Shown one piece after another: positions 7,812-17,689 of a stretch of 41,955 nt of DNA. The notes under the pieces were generated by a model. The model was not told where the DNA came from and ran no database searches. It saw nothing but the letters and a program-made list of their open reading frames with translations. A program made the translations under genes and the position numbers. Position 1 is the stretch's first letter. Every line of letters starts with the position of its first letter. This DNA comes from a virus, in UHGV virus genome UHGV-0070165; one strand, 5' to 3'.

Positions 7812-8741
7812 ATGGCAAACACTGCTGAGATATTCAATTTTCCAGTGCCGGATGCGGCACAAAAGGAGCCGCGCGTGGCAGATCTCGATGATGGTTATAC
7901 GCGCATTGCAAATGAGTTGCTGGAAGCTGTGATGCTGGCCGGATTAACACAGCACCAGCTTCTGGTCTTCCTGGCTGTCATGCGCAAAACATATGGCTTT
8001 AATAAAAGACTGGATTGGGTGAGCAACGAGCAACTTTCCGAATTGACCGGGATATTGCCGCACAAGTGTTCTGCTGCAAAAAGCGTTCTGGTAAAGCGTG
8101 GGATTCTTATTCAGAGCGGGCGAAATATCGGCATTAATAATGTGGTCAGTGAATGGTCAACATTACCCGAATCAGGTAAGAAAAATAAAGTTTACCTGAA
8201 AGAGGTAAATTTACCTGAATCAGGTAAGAAAAGTTTACCCAAATCAGGTAAAGGCGTTTACCCGAATCAGGTAAACACAAAAGACAAACTAACAAAAGAC
8301 AATATAAAACCTTTTTCGTCCGAGAATTCTGGCGAATCCTCTGACCAGCCAGAAAACGACCTTCCTGTGGTGAAACCGGATGCTGCAATTCAGAGTGGCA
8401 GCAAGTGGGGGACAGCAGAAGACCTGACCGCCGCAGAGTGGATGTTTGACATGGTGAAGACCATCGCGCCATCAGCCAGAAAACCGAATTTTGCAGGGTG
8501 GGCTAACGATATCCGCCTGATGCGTGAACGTGACGGACGTAACCACCGCGACATGTGCGTGCTGTTCCGCTGGGCATGCCAGGACAACTTCTGGTCCGGT
8601 AACGTGCTGAGTCCGGCCAAACTCCGCGACAAGTGGACCCAGCTCGAAATCAACCGAAACAAGCAACAGGCTGGCGTGACAGCCGGCAAACCAAAACTCG
8701 ACCTGACGAACACTGACTGGATTTACGGGGTGGATTTATGA
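7812..8741 (+). CDS. O: Replication initiator O (lambda O-like); start set at MANTAEIF with GGGAGGA Shine-Dalgarno
   Basis: N-terminal and C-terminal regions recognisably lambda O-like (…NFAGWANDIRLMRERDGRNHRDMCVLFRWACQDNFW…); central region carries the iterons. Confidence 0.9.
   Translation: MANTAEIFNFPVPDAAQKEPRVADLDDGYTRIANELLEAVMLAGLTQHQLLVFLAVMRKTYGFNKRLDWVSNEQLSELTGILPHKCSAAKSVLVKRGILIQSGRNIGINNVVSEWSTLPESGKKNKVYLKEVNLPESGKKSLPKSGKGVYPNQVNTKDKLTKDNIKPFSSENSGESSDQPENDLPVVKPDAAIQSGSKWGTAEDLTAAEWMFDMVKTIAPSARKPNFAGWANDIRLMRERDGRNHRDMCVLFRWACQDNFWSGNVLSPAKLRDKWTQLEINRNKQQAGVTAGKPKLDLTNTDWIYGVDL
8163..8311. repeat. Replication origin: five roughly 19 bp iterons plus an AT-rich tract inside O
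   Basis: Five tandem copies of TTACC-(N7-9)-GGTAA (e.g. TTTACCTGAATCAGGTAAG), followed by CACAAAAGACAAACTAACAAAAGACAATATAAAA. Confidence 0.75.
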
Positions 8742-9439
8742 AAAACATCGCCGCACAGATGGTTAACTTTGACCGTGAGCAGATGCGCCGGATCGCCAAC
8801 AATATGCCGGAACAGTACGACGAAAAGCCGCAGGTACAGCAGGTAGCGCAGATCATCAACGGTGTGTTCAGCCAGTTACTGGCAACTTTCCCGGCGAGCC
8901 TGGCTAACCGTGACCAGAATGAACTGAACGAAATCCGCCGCCAGTGGGTTCTGGCTTTCCGGGAAAACGGGATCACCACAATGGAACAGGTTAACGCTGG
9001 AATGCGCGTAGCCCGTCGGCAGAATCGACCATTCCTGCCATCACCCGGGCAGTTTGTCGCCTGGTGCCGGGAAGAAGCATCTGTTAACGCCGGGCTGCCA
9101 AACGTCAGCGAGCTGGTTGATATGGTTTACGAGTATTGCCGGAAGCGTGGCCTGTATCCGGATGCAGAGTCTTATCCGTGGAAATCGAACGCGCATTACT
9201 GGTTGGTTACCAACTTGTACCAGAACATGCGGGCCAATGCGCTGGCTGACGCGGAATTACGGCGCAAGGCTGCCGATGAACTGACCTGTATGACAGCGCG
9301 AATTAACCGTGGTGAGACGATACCTGAACCAGTAAAACAACTTCCTGTTATGGGCGGTAGACCTCTAAATCGTGCACAGGCTCTGGCGAAGATCGCAGAA
9401 ATTAAAGCTAAGTTCGGACTGAAAGGAGCAAGTGTATGA
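8738..9439 (+). CDS. P: Replication protein P (DnaB helicase loader)
   Basis: 233 aa; recognised as near-identical to lambda P. Confidence 0.95.
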   Translation: MKNIAAQMVNFDREQMRRIANNMPEQYDEKPQVQQVAQIINGVFSQLLATFPASLANRDQNELNEIRRQWVLAFRENGITTMEQVNAGMRVARRQNRPFLPSPGQFVAWCREEASVNAGLPNVSELVDMVYEYCRKRGLYPDAESYPWKSNAHYWLVTNLYQNMRANALADAELRRKAADELTCMTARINRGETIPEPVKQLPVMGGRPLNRAQALAKIAEIKAKFGLKGASV

Positions 9440-9738
9440 CGGGCAAAGAGGCAATTATTCATTACCTGGGGACGCATAAGAGCTTCTGTGCACAGGACGT
9501 TGCCGCGGTAACAGGCGCAACCGTAACCAGCATAAATCAGGCTGCGGCTAAAATGGCGCGGGCAGGAATCCTGGTCGTTGATGGTAAGGTCTGGCGAACG
9601 GTGTATTACCGGTTCGCTACCAGAGAAGAACGGGAAGGAAAGGTGAGCACGAATCTGATTTTTAAGGAGTGTCGCCAGAGTGCCGCGATGAAACGGGTAT
9701 TGAGGGTATATAAAAGAACATCAATGGGAACACAATGA
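9436..9738 (+). CDS. ren: Ren protein
   Basis: Sequence MTGKEAIIHYLGTH...KVWRTVYYRFATREERE recognised as lambda Ren-like. Confidence 0.85.
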   Translation: MTGKEAIIHYLGTHKSFCAQDVAAVTGATVTSINQAAAKMARAGILVVDGKVWRTVYYRFATREEREGKVSTNLIFKECRQSAAMKRVLRVYKRTSMGTQ

Positions 9739-9805
9739 TGAAACAGGTGAGTTGAGTTCAAACTGTAGTACAATTCTCTCCAGTTTGAACAGGAAAGAAT
9801 ATGCT

Positions 9806-10138
9806 ATGAACCCTTATATTTATCTTGGTGGTGCAATACTTGCAGAGGTCATTGGTACAACCTTAATGAAGTTTTCAGAAGGTTTTACACGGTTATGGCC
9901 ATCTGTTGGTACAATTATTTGTTATTGTGCATCATTCTGGTTATTAGCTCAGACGCTGGCTTATATTCCTACAGGGATTGCTTATGCTATCTGGTCAGGA
10001 GTCGGTATTGTCCTGATTAGCTTACTGTCATGGGGATTTTTCGGCCAACGGCTGGACCTGCCAGCCATTATAGGCATGATGTTGATTTGTGCCGGTGTGT
10101 TGATTATTAATTTATTGTCACGAAGCACACCACATTAA
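9806..10138 (+). CDS. emrE: Small multidrug resistance efflux transporter EmrE
   Basis: 110 aa from MNPYIYLGGAILAEVIGTTLMKFSEGF...; four predicted transmembrane helices; recognised as E. coli EmrE. Confidence 0.95.
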   Translation: MNPYIYLGGAILAEVIGTTLMKFSEGFTRLWPSVGTIICYCASFWLLAQTLAYIPTGIAYAIWSGVGIVLISLLSWGFFGQRLDLPAIIGMMLICAGVLIINLLSRSTPH

Positions 10139-10168
10139 AATAATTTGTTTCTAAACGACTAAAATATG

Positions 10169-10200
10169 GAGGCTCTTATATTTATATGAGCCTCGTTTTA
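10169..10200 (+). terminator. Rho-independent terminator after emrE
   Basis: Hairpin GAGGCTC-loop-GAGCCTC followed by GTTTTA. Confidence 0.55.
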
Positions 10201-10392
10201 TGCTTCTTGTTAATGTCTTTATTTTTTATGTATTCTTTTGTGCTTTCAAGATTATGGCGTAAGAAAATTGCAATACGATTATTGTTGTATATTCAAGATA
10301 ATGTGACCTTAATTGTCTTTTTAAATAAAAAATAAACAAAAATTATATCCCACCACTAAGGTTTATAAAAGCATACGTTAGCAGGTGTCACC

Positions 10393-11919
10393 ATGAAAAA
10401 AGCCATAGCATATATGCGATTTTCATCACCAGGTCAGATGTCTGGCGACTCATTAAACCGACAGAGAAGACTTATTGCTGAATGGTTAAAGGTAAATAGT
10501 GATTATTATCTTGATACCATAACATATGAAGATTTAGGATTAAGTGCATTCAAAGGAAAGCATGCACAATCAGGAGCTTTTTCGGAATTTTTAGATGCTA
10601 TAGAGCATGGTTATATATTGCCAGGAACTACATTGTTAGTTGAAAGTCTGGACAGACTTTCAAGAGAAAAAGTCGGTGAAGCGATTGAACGTCTGAAATT
10701 GATTTTGAATCACGGTATTGATGTTATAACTCTTTGCGACAATACAGTCTATAATATTGACTCTTTGAATGAGCCATATTCATTAATAAAAGCCATACTT
10801 ATAGCACAAAGGGCAAATGAAGAAAGCGAGATAAAGTCAAGTCGGGTTAAATTATCATGGAAGAAAAAACGGCAGGATGCACTGGAATCAGGTACGATTA
10901 TGACGGCGTCTTGTCCGAGATGGCTCTCCTTAGATGACAAAAGAACGGCTTTTGTTCCAGACCCCGACAGGGTGAAAACTATTGAGCTAATTTTTAAACT
11001 CAGGATGGAAAGGCGCTCATTGAATGCAATAGCCAAGTATTTAAATGATCATGCTGTAAAGAATTTCTCAGGAAAAGAAAGTGCATGGGGACCTTCTGTA
11101 ATTGAAAAATTATTAGCGAATAAAGCTCTGATAGGTATATGCGTACCTTCATATCGTGCAAGAGGGAAAGGGATAAGTGAAATCGCTGGCTATTATCCCA
11201 GAGTCATATCAGATGATTTGTTTTACGCTGTACAGGAAATTCGGTTGGCACCTTTTGGTATTAGCAATAGTAGCAAGAATCCTATGCTAATAAATCTACT
11301 TCGAACAGTTATGAAGTGTGAGGCTTGTGGTAATACCATGATTGTTCATGCGGTATCTGGAAGTTTGCATGGCTATTATGTTTGTCCGATGAGAAGATTA
11401 CATCGATGTGACAGGCCATCAATAAAAAGAGATTTGGTTGATTATAATATCATTAATGAATTGCTTTTTAATTGTAGCAAAATTCAACCAGTTGAAAACA
11501 AGAAAGATGCTAATGAAACTTTAGAGTTAAAAATTATTGAGCTTCAGATGAAAATTAATAATTTAATCGTTGCATTGTCTGTCGCGCCTGAAGTTACCGC
11601 TATAGCAGAGAAAATAAGACTATTAGATAAGGAATTACGAAGGGCTTCGGTATCATTGAAAACTTTGAAGAGTAAAGGTGTAAATTCATTCAGTGATTTT
11701 TATGCTATTGACTTAACCAGTAAAAATGGACGAGAGTTATGCCGTACACTTGCCTATAAAACATTCGAAAAAATCATAATTAATACGGATAATAAAACCT
11801 GTGATATCTATTTTATGAATGGCATTGTTTTTAAACACTATCCTTTAATGAAAGTAATATCCGCCCAGCAGGCGATAAGTGCTCTCAAATATATGGTTGA
11901 TGGTGAGATTTATTTCTAA
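10393..11919 (+). CDS. ybcK: Large serine recombinase (resolvase/invertase-type catalytic domain plus recombinase and zinc-ribbon domains)
   Basis: 508 aa; N-terminus AIAYMRFSSPGQ...RQ with the catalytic-serine motif; Cys-rich CEACGN...CPMRRLHRCD; AT-rich codon usage. Confidence 0.85.
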   Translation: MKKAIAYMRFSSPGQMSGDSLNRQRRLIAEWLKVNSDYYLDTITYEDLGLSAFKGKHAQSGAFSEFLDAIEHGYILPGTTLLVESLDRLSREKVGEAIERLKLILNHGIDVITLCDNTVYNIDSLNEPYSLIKAILIAQRANEESEIKSSRVKLSWKKKRQDALESGTIMTASCPRWLSLDDKRTAFVPDPDRVKTIELIFKLRMERRSLNAIAKYLNDHAVKNFSGKESAWGPSVIEKLLANKALIGICVPSYRARGKGISEIAGYYPRVISDDLFYAVQEIRLAPFGISNSSKNPMLINLLRTVMKCEACGNTMIVHAVSGSLHGYYVCPMRRLHRCDRPSIKRDLVDYNIINELLFNCSKIQPVENKKDANETLELKIIELQMKINNLIVALSVAPEVTAIAEKIRLLDKELRRASVSLKTLKSKGVNSFSDFYAIDLTSKNGRELCRTLAYKTFEKIIINTDNKTCDIYFMNGIVFKHYPLMKVISAQQAISALKYMVDGEIYF

Positions 11920-12383
11920 ATAATGATCTCGGATTTTAAGTTATGCTATGGTGATAAAGTGCAAGACAGAATTAATTATCTTTGACGAAACTTAATGGGT
12001 AATTACTTTGTTTGCTCCCACAAGCGAGTTTTGTACGGCTGTATTGGGGTAGTAAATGAGCTATACAATCTTAATCATTTGTTAGGTGAGAACTCTTGGT
12101 CGCAGATTCAAATACTGAAAATACGTGACAAATTATTATGAGCAAAATGGTGTATGTCACGTATTTTGAATGGTAGGTTAAAAAATAACACCGACTTTCG
12201 TAGGTATTACTAATAATAAAGCAGAGTTTTTAGATAGTATCAATGTGCTTTGTGTATATTGTGGCAAATAATTGGGTTGGGGGTACAATTGTGATTGCTT
12301 TTGCATGAACATTGCGCCTTTATGCATAATGAGATAAAGGAATATCAAATAAAATAACGATAGGTCATAACAAAGAGGTTTTT

Positions 12384-12935
12384 ATGAAAACACTTATCGT
12401 TTCAACTGTATTGGCATTCATAACATTTTCTGCGCAGGCTGCAGCATTTCAGGTCACTAGTAATGAAATAAAAACAGGAGAGCAACTTACAACGTCTCAT
12501 GTCTTTTCTGGATTTGGGTGTGAAGGTGGTAATACATCGCCCTCATTAACCTGGTCTGGTGTTCCTGAAGGTACCAAAAGCTTTGCCGTAACTGTATATG
12601 ATCCAGATGCACCTACAGGCAGTGGTTGGTGGCATTGGACTGTTGTTAATATTCCAGCAACAGTAACATATTTGCCCGTTGATGCAGGGAGACGTGATGG
12701 AACAAAACTGCCGACTGGTGCTGTTCAAGGCCGAAATGATTTTGGCTATGCTGGGTTTGGTGGCGCATGTCCTCCTAAAGGAGATAAACCACATCATTAC
12801 CAGTTTAAAGTATGGGCTCTAAAAACTGAAAAGATTCCTGTAGATTCTAACTCCAGCGGAGCGTTAGTTGGTTATATGCTTAATGCTAATAAAATCGCAA
12901 CCGCTGAGATAACACCAGTTTATGAGATAAAGTAG
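12384..12935 (+). CDS. ybcL: Secreted PEBP/RKIP-family (YbhB/YbcL) protein
   Basis: 183 aa; signal peptide ending AQA; recognised as DLP12 YbcL. Confidence 0.85.
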   Translation: MKTLIVSTVLAFITFSAQAAAFQVTSNEIKTGEQLTTSHVFSGFGCEGGNTSPSLTWSGVPEGTKSFAVTVYDPDAPTGSGWWHWTVVNIPATVTYLPVDAGRRDGTKLPTGAVQGRNDFGYAGFGGACPPKGDKPHHYQFKVWALKTEKIPVDSNSSGALVGYMLNANKIATAEITPVYEIK

Positions 12936-12944
12936 GGTGAGAGT

Positions 12945-13742
12945 ATGCTGGCAAGAGGTAAGACTAACTTAAAGATCGAAGAAATACGGATGCATAAACA
13001 TCATGAGATTCATAGGGTTAAGCCTCTTATGCCAGCTTTGTGTCGTATCCGTCAGGGAAAGAAAGTTATCAATTGGGAGACGCATACTTTAACTGTTGAT
13101 AATAATCAAATAATATTATTTCCTTGTGGTTATGAATTTTATATTGAGAATTATCCTGAAGCAGGGCTTTATCTTGCAGAAATGCTTTACTTACCCATTG
13201 ATTTAATTGAGAGTTTCCAAAAACTTTATACGGTAACTGATCAAATACGTAACAAAACAAGTTTCTTTTTACCTCAGAATCCTGAGTTAATATATTGTTG
13301 GGAGCAACTAAAAACATCTGTTTCCCGAGGCTTCTCAACTAAAATTCAGGAGCACTTAGCAATGGGCGTTCTACTTTCGTTAGGAGTGAATCATGTTAAT
13401 CATTTACTTTTATCATATAGTAAACAATCATTGATAAGTCGTTGTTATAACCTGCTGCTATCCGAACCCGGCACAAAATGGACAGCAAACAAGGTTGCTC
13501 GATATCTCTACATTTCTGTTTCTACATTACATCGCCGTCTAGCAAGCGAGGGGGTAAGTTTCCAAAGTATACTGGACGATGTGAGGTTAAATAATGCGTT
13601 GTCTGCTATACAAACGACGGTAAAACCTATAAGCGAGATTGCCAGAGAAAATGGTTATAAGTGTCCTTCTCGTTTTACTGAAAGATTTCATAATCGTTTT
13701 AATATAACACCAAGAGAGATAAGAAAAGCTTCCAGAGAGTAA
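12945..13742 (+). CDS. ybcM: AraC-family transcriptional regulator
   Basis: 265 aa; C-terminal AraC-type HTH (…[21 protein letters not shown]…[24 protein letters not shown]). Confidence 0.8.
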
Positions 13743-13956
13743 AAGTGTTTTAAGAAGGAGCAATTCTATCGATTTTGATTTTGGGAAATCAACACGGCAT
13801 AATTATGTCACCGGAGCCTGAACAACTCCGGTGACTTCTGCGCTAAACGGGGACGTTTATGCGCACATACAATCCAAACTCTCTTCTCCCTTCACAGATG
13901 CAGAAATGCACCTGCAATTCTTTGCATCTAGCGTTTGACCTCTGCGGAGGGGAAGC

Positions 13957-14412
13957 GTGAACCTCTCACAAGACGGCATCAAATTACATCGCGGCAACTT
14001 CACCGCTATCGGTCGGCAGATCCAGCCTTATCTGGAGGAGGGCAAATGCTTTCGCATGGTGCTTAAACCGTGGCGTGAGAAACGCAGTCTTTCCCAGAAT
14101 GCACTCAGCCACATGTGGTACAGCGAAATCAGTGAATACCTCATCAGCAGGGGTAAAACGTTCGCCACTCCAGCTTGGGTAAAAGATGCTCTCAAACACA
14201 CATATCTCGGTTATGAAACCAAAGACCTGGTTGATGTCCTAACCGGTGATATCACCACTATCCAGTCGTTACGCCATACCTCCGATCTTGATACCGGAGA
14301 GATGTATGTCTTCCTGTGTAAGGTTGAAGCCTGGGCGATGAATATTGGTTGCCACCTGACTATTCCACAGAGCTGCGAGTTCCAGCTGCTGCGCGACAAG
14401 CAGGAGGCGTAA
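13957..14412 (+). CDS. ninB: NinB recombination protein
   Basis: 151 aa; recognised as NinB/YbcN-like; GTG start after GGAGGGGAAGC. Confidence 0.8.
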
Positions 14413-14582
14413 TGGCTACACCGCTTATTCGTGTCATGAACGGACACATCTACAGAGTACCAAATCGTCGTAAGCGTAAACCTGAGCTGAAGCCATCCGA
14501 AATACCAACACTGCTCGGATATACCGCCAGCTTGGTTGATAAAAAATGGTTGCGACTGGCAGCAAGGAGGAGTCATGGCTGA
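14412..14582 (+). CDS. ninE: NinE-like small protein
   Basis: 56 aa from [24 protein letters not shown]...; ATG overlaps the ninB stop (TAATG); position in nin region. Confidence 0.65.
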   Translation: MATPLIRVMNGHIYRVPNRRKRKPELKPSEIPTLLGYTASLVDKKWLRLAARRSHG

Positions 14583-14865
14583 TTTGAGAAAAGCAGCGCG
14601 TGGTCGGGAATGCCAGGTAAGAATCCCTGGCGTATGTAATGGCAACCCTGAAACGTCTGTACTGGCACATATCCGGCTGACTGGATTGTGCGGCACCGGT
14701 ACGAAACTGCCAGACCTGATTGCCACCATTGCATGTTCTGCCTGCCACGACGAAATCGACCGCCGCACGCATTTTGTTGACGCTGGATATGCAAAAGAAT
14801 GCGCGCTGGAAGGTATGGCGAGAACACAGGTTATCTGGCTGAAAGAGGGGGTTATTAAGGCGTGA
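14575..14865 (+). CDS. ybcO: YbcO-like metal-binding nuclease (DUF1364)
   Basis: 96 aa from [21 protein letters not shown]...; AAGGAGG Shine-Dalgarno; conserved cysteines. Confidence 0.75.
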   Translation: MADLRKAARGRECQVRIPGVCNGNPETSVLAHIRLTGLCGTGTKLPDLIATIACSACHDEIDRRTHFVDAGYAKECALEGMARTQVIWLKEGVIKA

Positions 14866-15224
14866 ATACCTACAGCATCACATTACCCTGGCCTCCGAGC
14901 AATAATCGCTATTACCGCCATAATCGCGGGCGCACGCACGTCAGCGCAGAGGGGCAGGCATACCGCGATAACGTCGCCCGAATCATTAAAAACGCAATGC
15001 TGGATATCGGCCTGGCTATGCCTGTGAAAATCCGCATTGAGTGCCACATGCCGGATCGCCGTCGCCGTGACCTGGATAATCTGCAAAAAGCCGCTTTTGA
15101 CGCACTCACTAAAGCAGGTTTCTGGCTGGATGATGCTCAGGTCGTTGATTACCGCGTTGTGAAGATGCCTGTTACCAAAGGTGGGAGGCTGGAACTGACC
15201 ATCACCGAAATGGGGAATGAATGA
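14862..15224 (+). CDS. rusA: Holliday junction resolvase RusA
   Basis: 120 aa; recognised as RusA. Confidence 0.9.
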   Translation: MNTYSITLPWPPSNNRYYRHNRGRTHVSAEGQAYRDNVARIIKNAMLDIGLAMPVKIRIECHMPDRRRRDLDNLQKAAFDALTKAGFWLDDAQVVDYRVVKMPVTKGGRLELTITEMGNE

Positions 15225-15361
15225 TGTTTGAGTTTTATATGGCAGAACTTCTTCGCCACCGCTGGGGGCATCTGCGCTTATATCGTTTCCCCGGTTCTGT
15301 TTTGACCGATTACCGAATACTGAAGAATTACGCCAAAACCCTGACAGGAGCAGGAGTATGA
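15221..15361 (+). CDS. ylcG: Small protein YlcG-like (46 aa)
   Basis: Short ORF ([23 protein letters not shown]...) that I translated by hand; its ATG overlaps the rusA stop; below the ORF-track length cutoff. Confidence 0.5.
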   Translation: MMFEFYMAELLRHRWGHLRLYRFPGSVLTDYRILKNYAKTLTGAGV

Positions 15362-15446
15362 AGTCAGAGATAACAATCAACTAATACTGTTTTGTTGATT
15401 TTTGCTTGTAATTGGCGTTCTGGTCTGATTTTTGTGGAGTAAGTTG

Positions 15447-15830
15447 ATGCGTGATATTCAGATGGTTCTTGAGCGTTGGGGAGCGTGGGCGGCTAATAAT
15501 CATGAAGATGTGACCTAGTCGTCCATTGCCGCCGGTTTTAAGGGATTAATTCCTTCAAAAGTAAAATCTCGCCCGCAATGTTGTGACGATGACGCGATGA
15601 TCATTTGCGGGTGCATGGCCCGTCTGAAAAAGAACAACAGCGATTTGCACGATTTATTAGTAGATTATTATGTAGTCGGTATGACATTCATGTCACTGGC
15701 AGGTAAGCATTGCTGCTCTGATGGTTATATCGGGAAAAGGTTACAAAAGGCTGAGGGCATAATTGAAGGGATGTTAATGGCATTAGATATCCGGTTAGAG
15801 ATGGATATCGTTGTTAATAACTCTAATTAA
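15447..15830 (+). pseudogene. quuD: Late antiterminator Q (QuuD-like) interrupted by an in-frame TAG at codon 24 (15516-15518)
   Basis: ATG at 15447 with GGAG Shine-Dalgarno; 23 codons (MRDIQMVLERWGAWAANNHEDVT) then TAG; the same frame continues without further stops to 15830, a 127-codon frame; Cys-rich zinc-binding region downstream. Confidence 0.7.
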
Positions 15831-15970
15831 TATGCCAATTGTTTACTAAAAATTATTAAAAATGGGGCGTTGAGACGCCCCCAAAAATAAAGGGTAATAT
15901 ATAACAGAAGGTTTATATAGTTAGAAGCAAGGTTGTGCTTCTAAAGGAAGTGGCTTGAGGGAGCCACTTA

Positions 15971-16012
15971 TATGTTGGGGAGGCAACGCCTCCCGCAACA
16001 TATCTTTTTCGT
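15971..16012 (+). terminator. Strong rho-independent terminator after the Q region (tR'-like); also flanks the nmpC 3' end
   Basis: Long hairpin ATATGTTGGGGAGGC-AAC-GCCTCCCGCAACATAT followed by CTTTTTC. Confidence 0.6.
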
Positions 16013-16019
16013 AATCAGA

Positions 16020-17117
16020 TTAGAACTGGTAAACCAGACCTACAGCAACGATGTCATCAGTGCTTACACCGAGTGCTTTAGTGAAGTCATTTTTGTCAAG
16101 CAGGTTGATTTTGTAATCAACGAAAGTAGACATATTTTTGTTGAAGTAATAGGTTGCACCTACATCAACATATTTGACTAAGTCCTGATCGCCCCATACT
16201 CCAAGATCCTTACCTTTAGATTGCAGGTAAGCAACGGACGGACGCAGACCGAAATCGAACTGATATTGTGCAACAGCTTCGAAGTTTTGGGCTTTATTAG
16301 CAACGAAGTGATCAGCAAATACAGTCATATTCTGGGTTTCAGAATAGGTAGTGGCCAGGTAAATGTTGTTAGCGTCATATTTCAGACCTGCGGCCCAAAC
16401 TTCTGCATTTTTACCGGAAGCAAATACTTCAGGAAGAACTTTCCCTGCATTAACTTGAGTGTCGGTACGATCAGATTTCGCATAAGTTGCACCGATACCG
16501 AATCCTTCGTATTCATAGGTAGCAGAGAAACCGAAGCCATCACCGTTACCTTCAGTGTAGTTATCGAAATCGCTACGATCGTTTTTGCCTTGGTACTGAG
16601 CAGCAAAGTTCAGACCATCAACCAGACCAAAGAAGTCGTTGTTACGATAGGTTGCAACACCAGTTGCACGTTGAGTCATGAACACGTCGGTTTGAGTCCA
16701 AGTGTCACCACCGAATTCTGGCAGGACGTCAGTCCACGCACCGATGTCGTATGCTACACCGTAGTTACGGCCGTAATCGATGGAGCCGTAGTCACCGAAT
16801 TTCAGGCCAGCGAAGGCAAGACGGGTTTTATCTTTGGAGGAACCTTGAGATTCAGCGCGGTTGCCTTTGAATTCATATTCCCACTGACCGAAACCAGTCA
16901 GTTGATCGTTGATTTGGGTTTCACCTTTGAAGCCAAGACGGGCATAAGTAGTATCACCATCATCTGCATCATTAGAGGAGAAGTAGTGCTTAGCATTAAC
17001 TTTCCCGTACAGATCCAGCTTGTTACTGTCTTTATTATAAATTTCAGCTGCCTGAGCAGACATCGCCATCAGTACTGATGCAGCTACAGCAGAAATTGCC
17101 ACTGTTAATTTTTTCAT
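16020..17117 (-). CDS. nmpC: OmpC/OmpF-family general porin (NmpC/Lc-like), intact; start set at [11 protein letters not shown]
   Basis: Signal peptide ending SAQA; C-terminal F (…VGLVYQF) typical of outer-membrane beta-barrels; convergent to the late operon. Confidence 0.9.
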   Translation of the reverse strand: MKKLTVAISAVAASVLMAMSAQAAEIYNKDSNKLDLYGKVNAKHYFSSNDADDGDTTYARLGFKGETQINDQLTGFGQWEYEFKGNRAESQGSSKDKTRLAFAGLKFGDYGSIDYGRNYGVAYDIGAWTDVLPEFGGDTWTQTDVFMTQRATGVATYRNNDFFGLVDGLNFAAQYQGKNDRSDFDNYTEGNGDGFGFSATYEYEGFGIGATYAKSDRTDTQVNAGKVLPEVFASGKNAEVWAAGLKYDANNIYLATTYSETQNMTVFADHFVANKAQNFEAVAQYQFDFGLRPSVAYLQSKGKDLGVWGDQDLVKYVDVGATYYFNKNMSTFVDYKINLLDKNDFTKALGVSTDDIVAVGLVYQF

Positions 17118-17544
17118 CGTGAGCCCTTTTTTTGAACTATTATTAAAAAATGATGTCACTGCGCGATAAATATTCATCTAATCAATGTGATTATTTCAAG
17201 ATGTAAGTTTTGGTTTCTCGTTTGATTTGTGAAGTAGATCTCTATTTTTATCTGAACTTTTTTCTATCGAATCCTATTCATGGCTCTTGGCTGAATAAAA
17301 ATAAATCTATTAGCCAATTTATATTAACGGCTGTTATTTATAAGTGCTCTATAATTTTAAGGTTCAATTTAAACCGGCTAAAAATAACACTGGAAATTAT
17401 TTGTTGGTTATTTGTTGAGATTTGCTTATGTATTTGTAGTGGTGTTTTCAATACTCGGTAGCATTCTCGCAAATATCATTTAGTGGTTTACGTACGTAAA
17501 AAATTGGTTATGCTGTTAAGAGTGGTTACTTCGTCACACAGCTT

Positions 17545-17577
17545 AAACCCGCCGTCGAGCGGGTTTTTCCATTTTTT
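17545..17577 (+). terminator. Rho-independent terminator upstream of the lysis cassette
   Basis: Hairpin AAACCCGC-CGTCGA-GCGGGTTT followed by TTCCATTTTTT. Confidence 0.55.
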
Positions 17578-17689
17578 GAGTCTCGATATTAGCTGATAAC
17601 CCAATACCTGAGTTATTCACTGACTCCGAGTCTGTTACGTTTCGTAGTATTCCCTCAATTTACACCCGCTTTGTCTGCGAGGTGGGGTT

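Noticed and set aside
8163-8275. Tandem repeats that could be mistaken for a CRISPR array or a disrupted gene
   Set aside because: Only five roughly 19 bp units with 2-5 bp spacing, inside the O coding frame and followed by an AT-rich tract; this is the iteron-type origin, not CRISPR.
15597-15830. Treating the 77 aa ORF as an intact short Q protein
   Set aside because: It lacks the N-terminal 50 codons present in-frame upstream, and ATG 15597 has no obvious Shine-Dalgarno sequence; more parsimonious as the 3' remnant of an amber-interrupted Q.
16221-17078. 285 aa plus-strand ORF
   Set aside because: Antisense to the porin gene, which has a signal peptide and beta-barrel terminus; no independent start signals.
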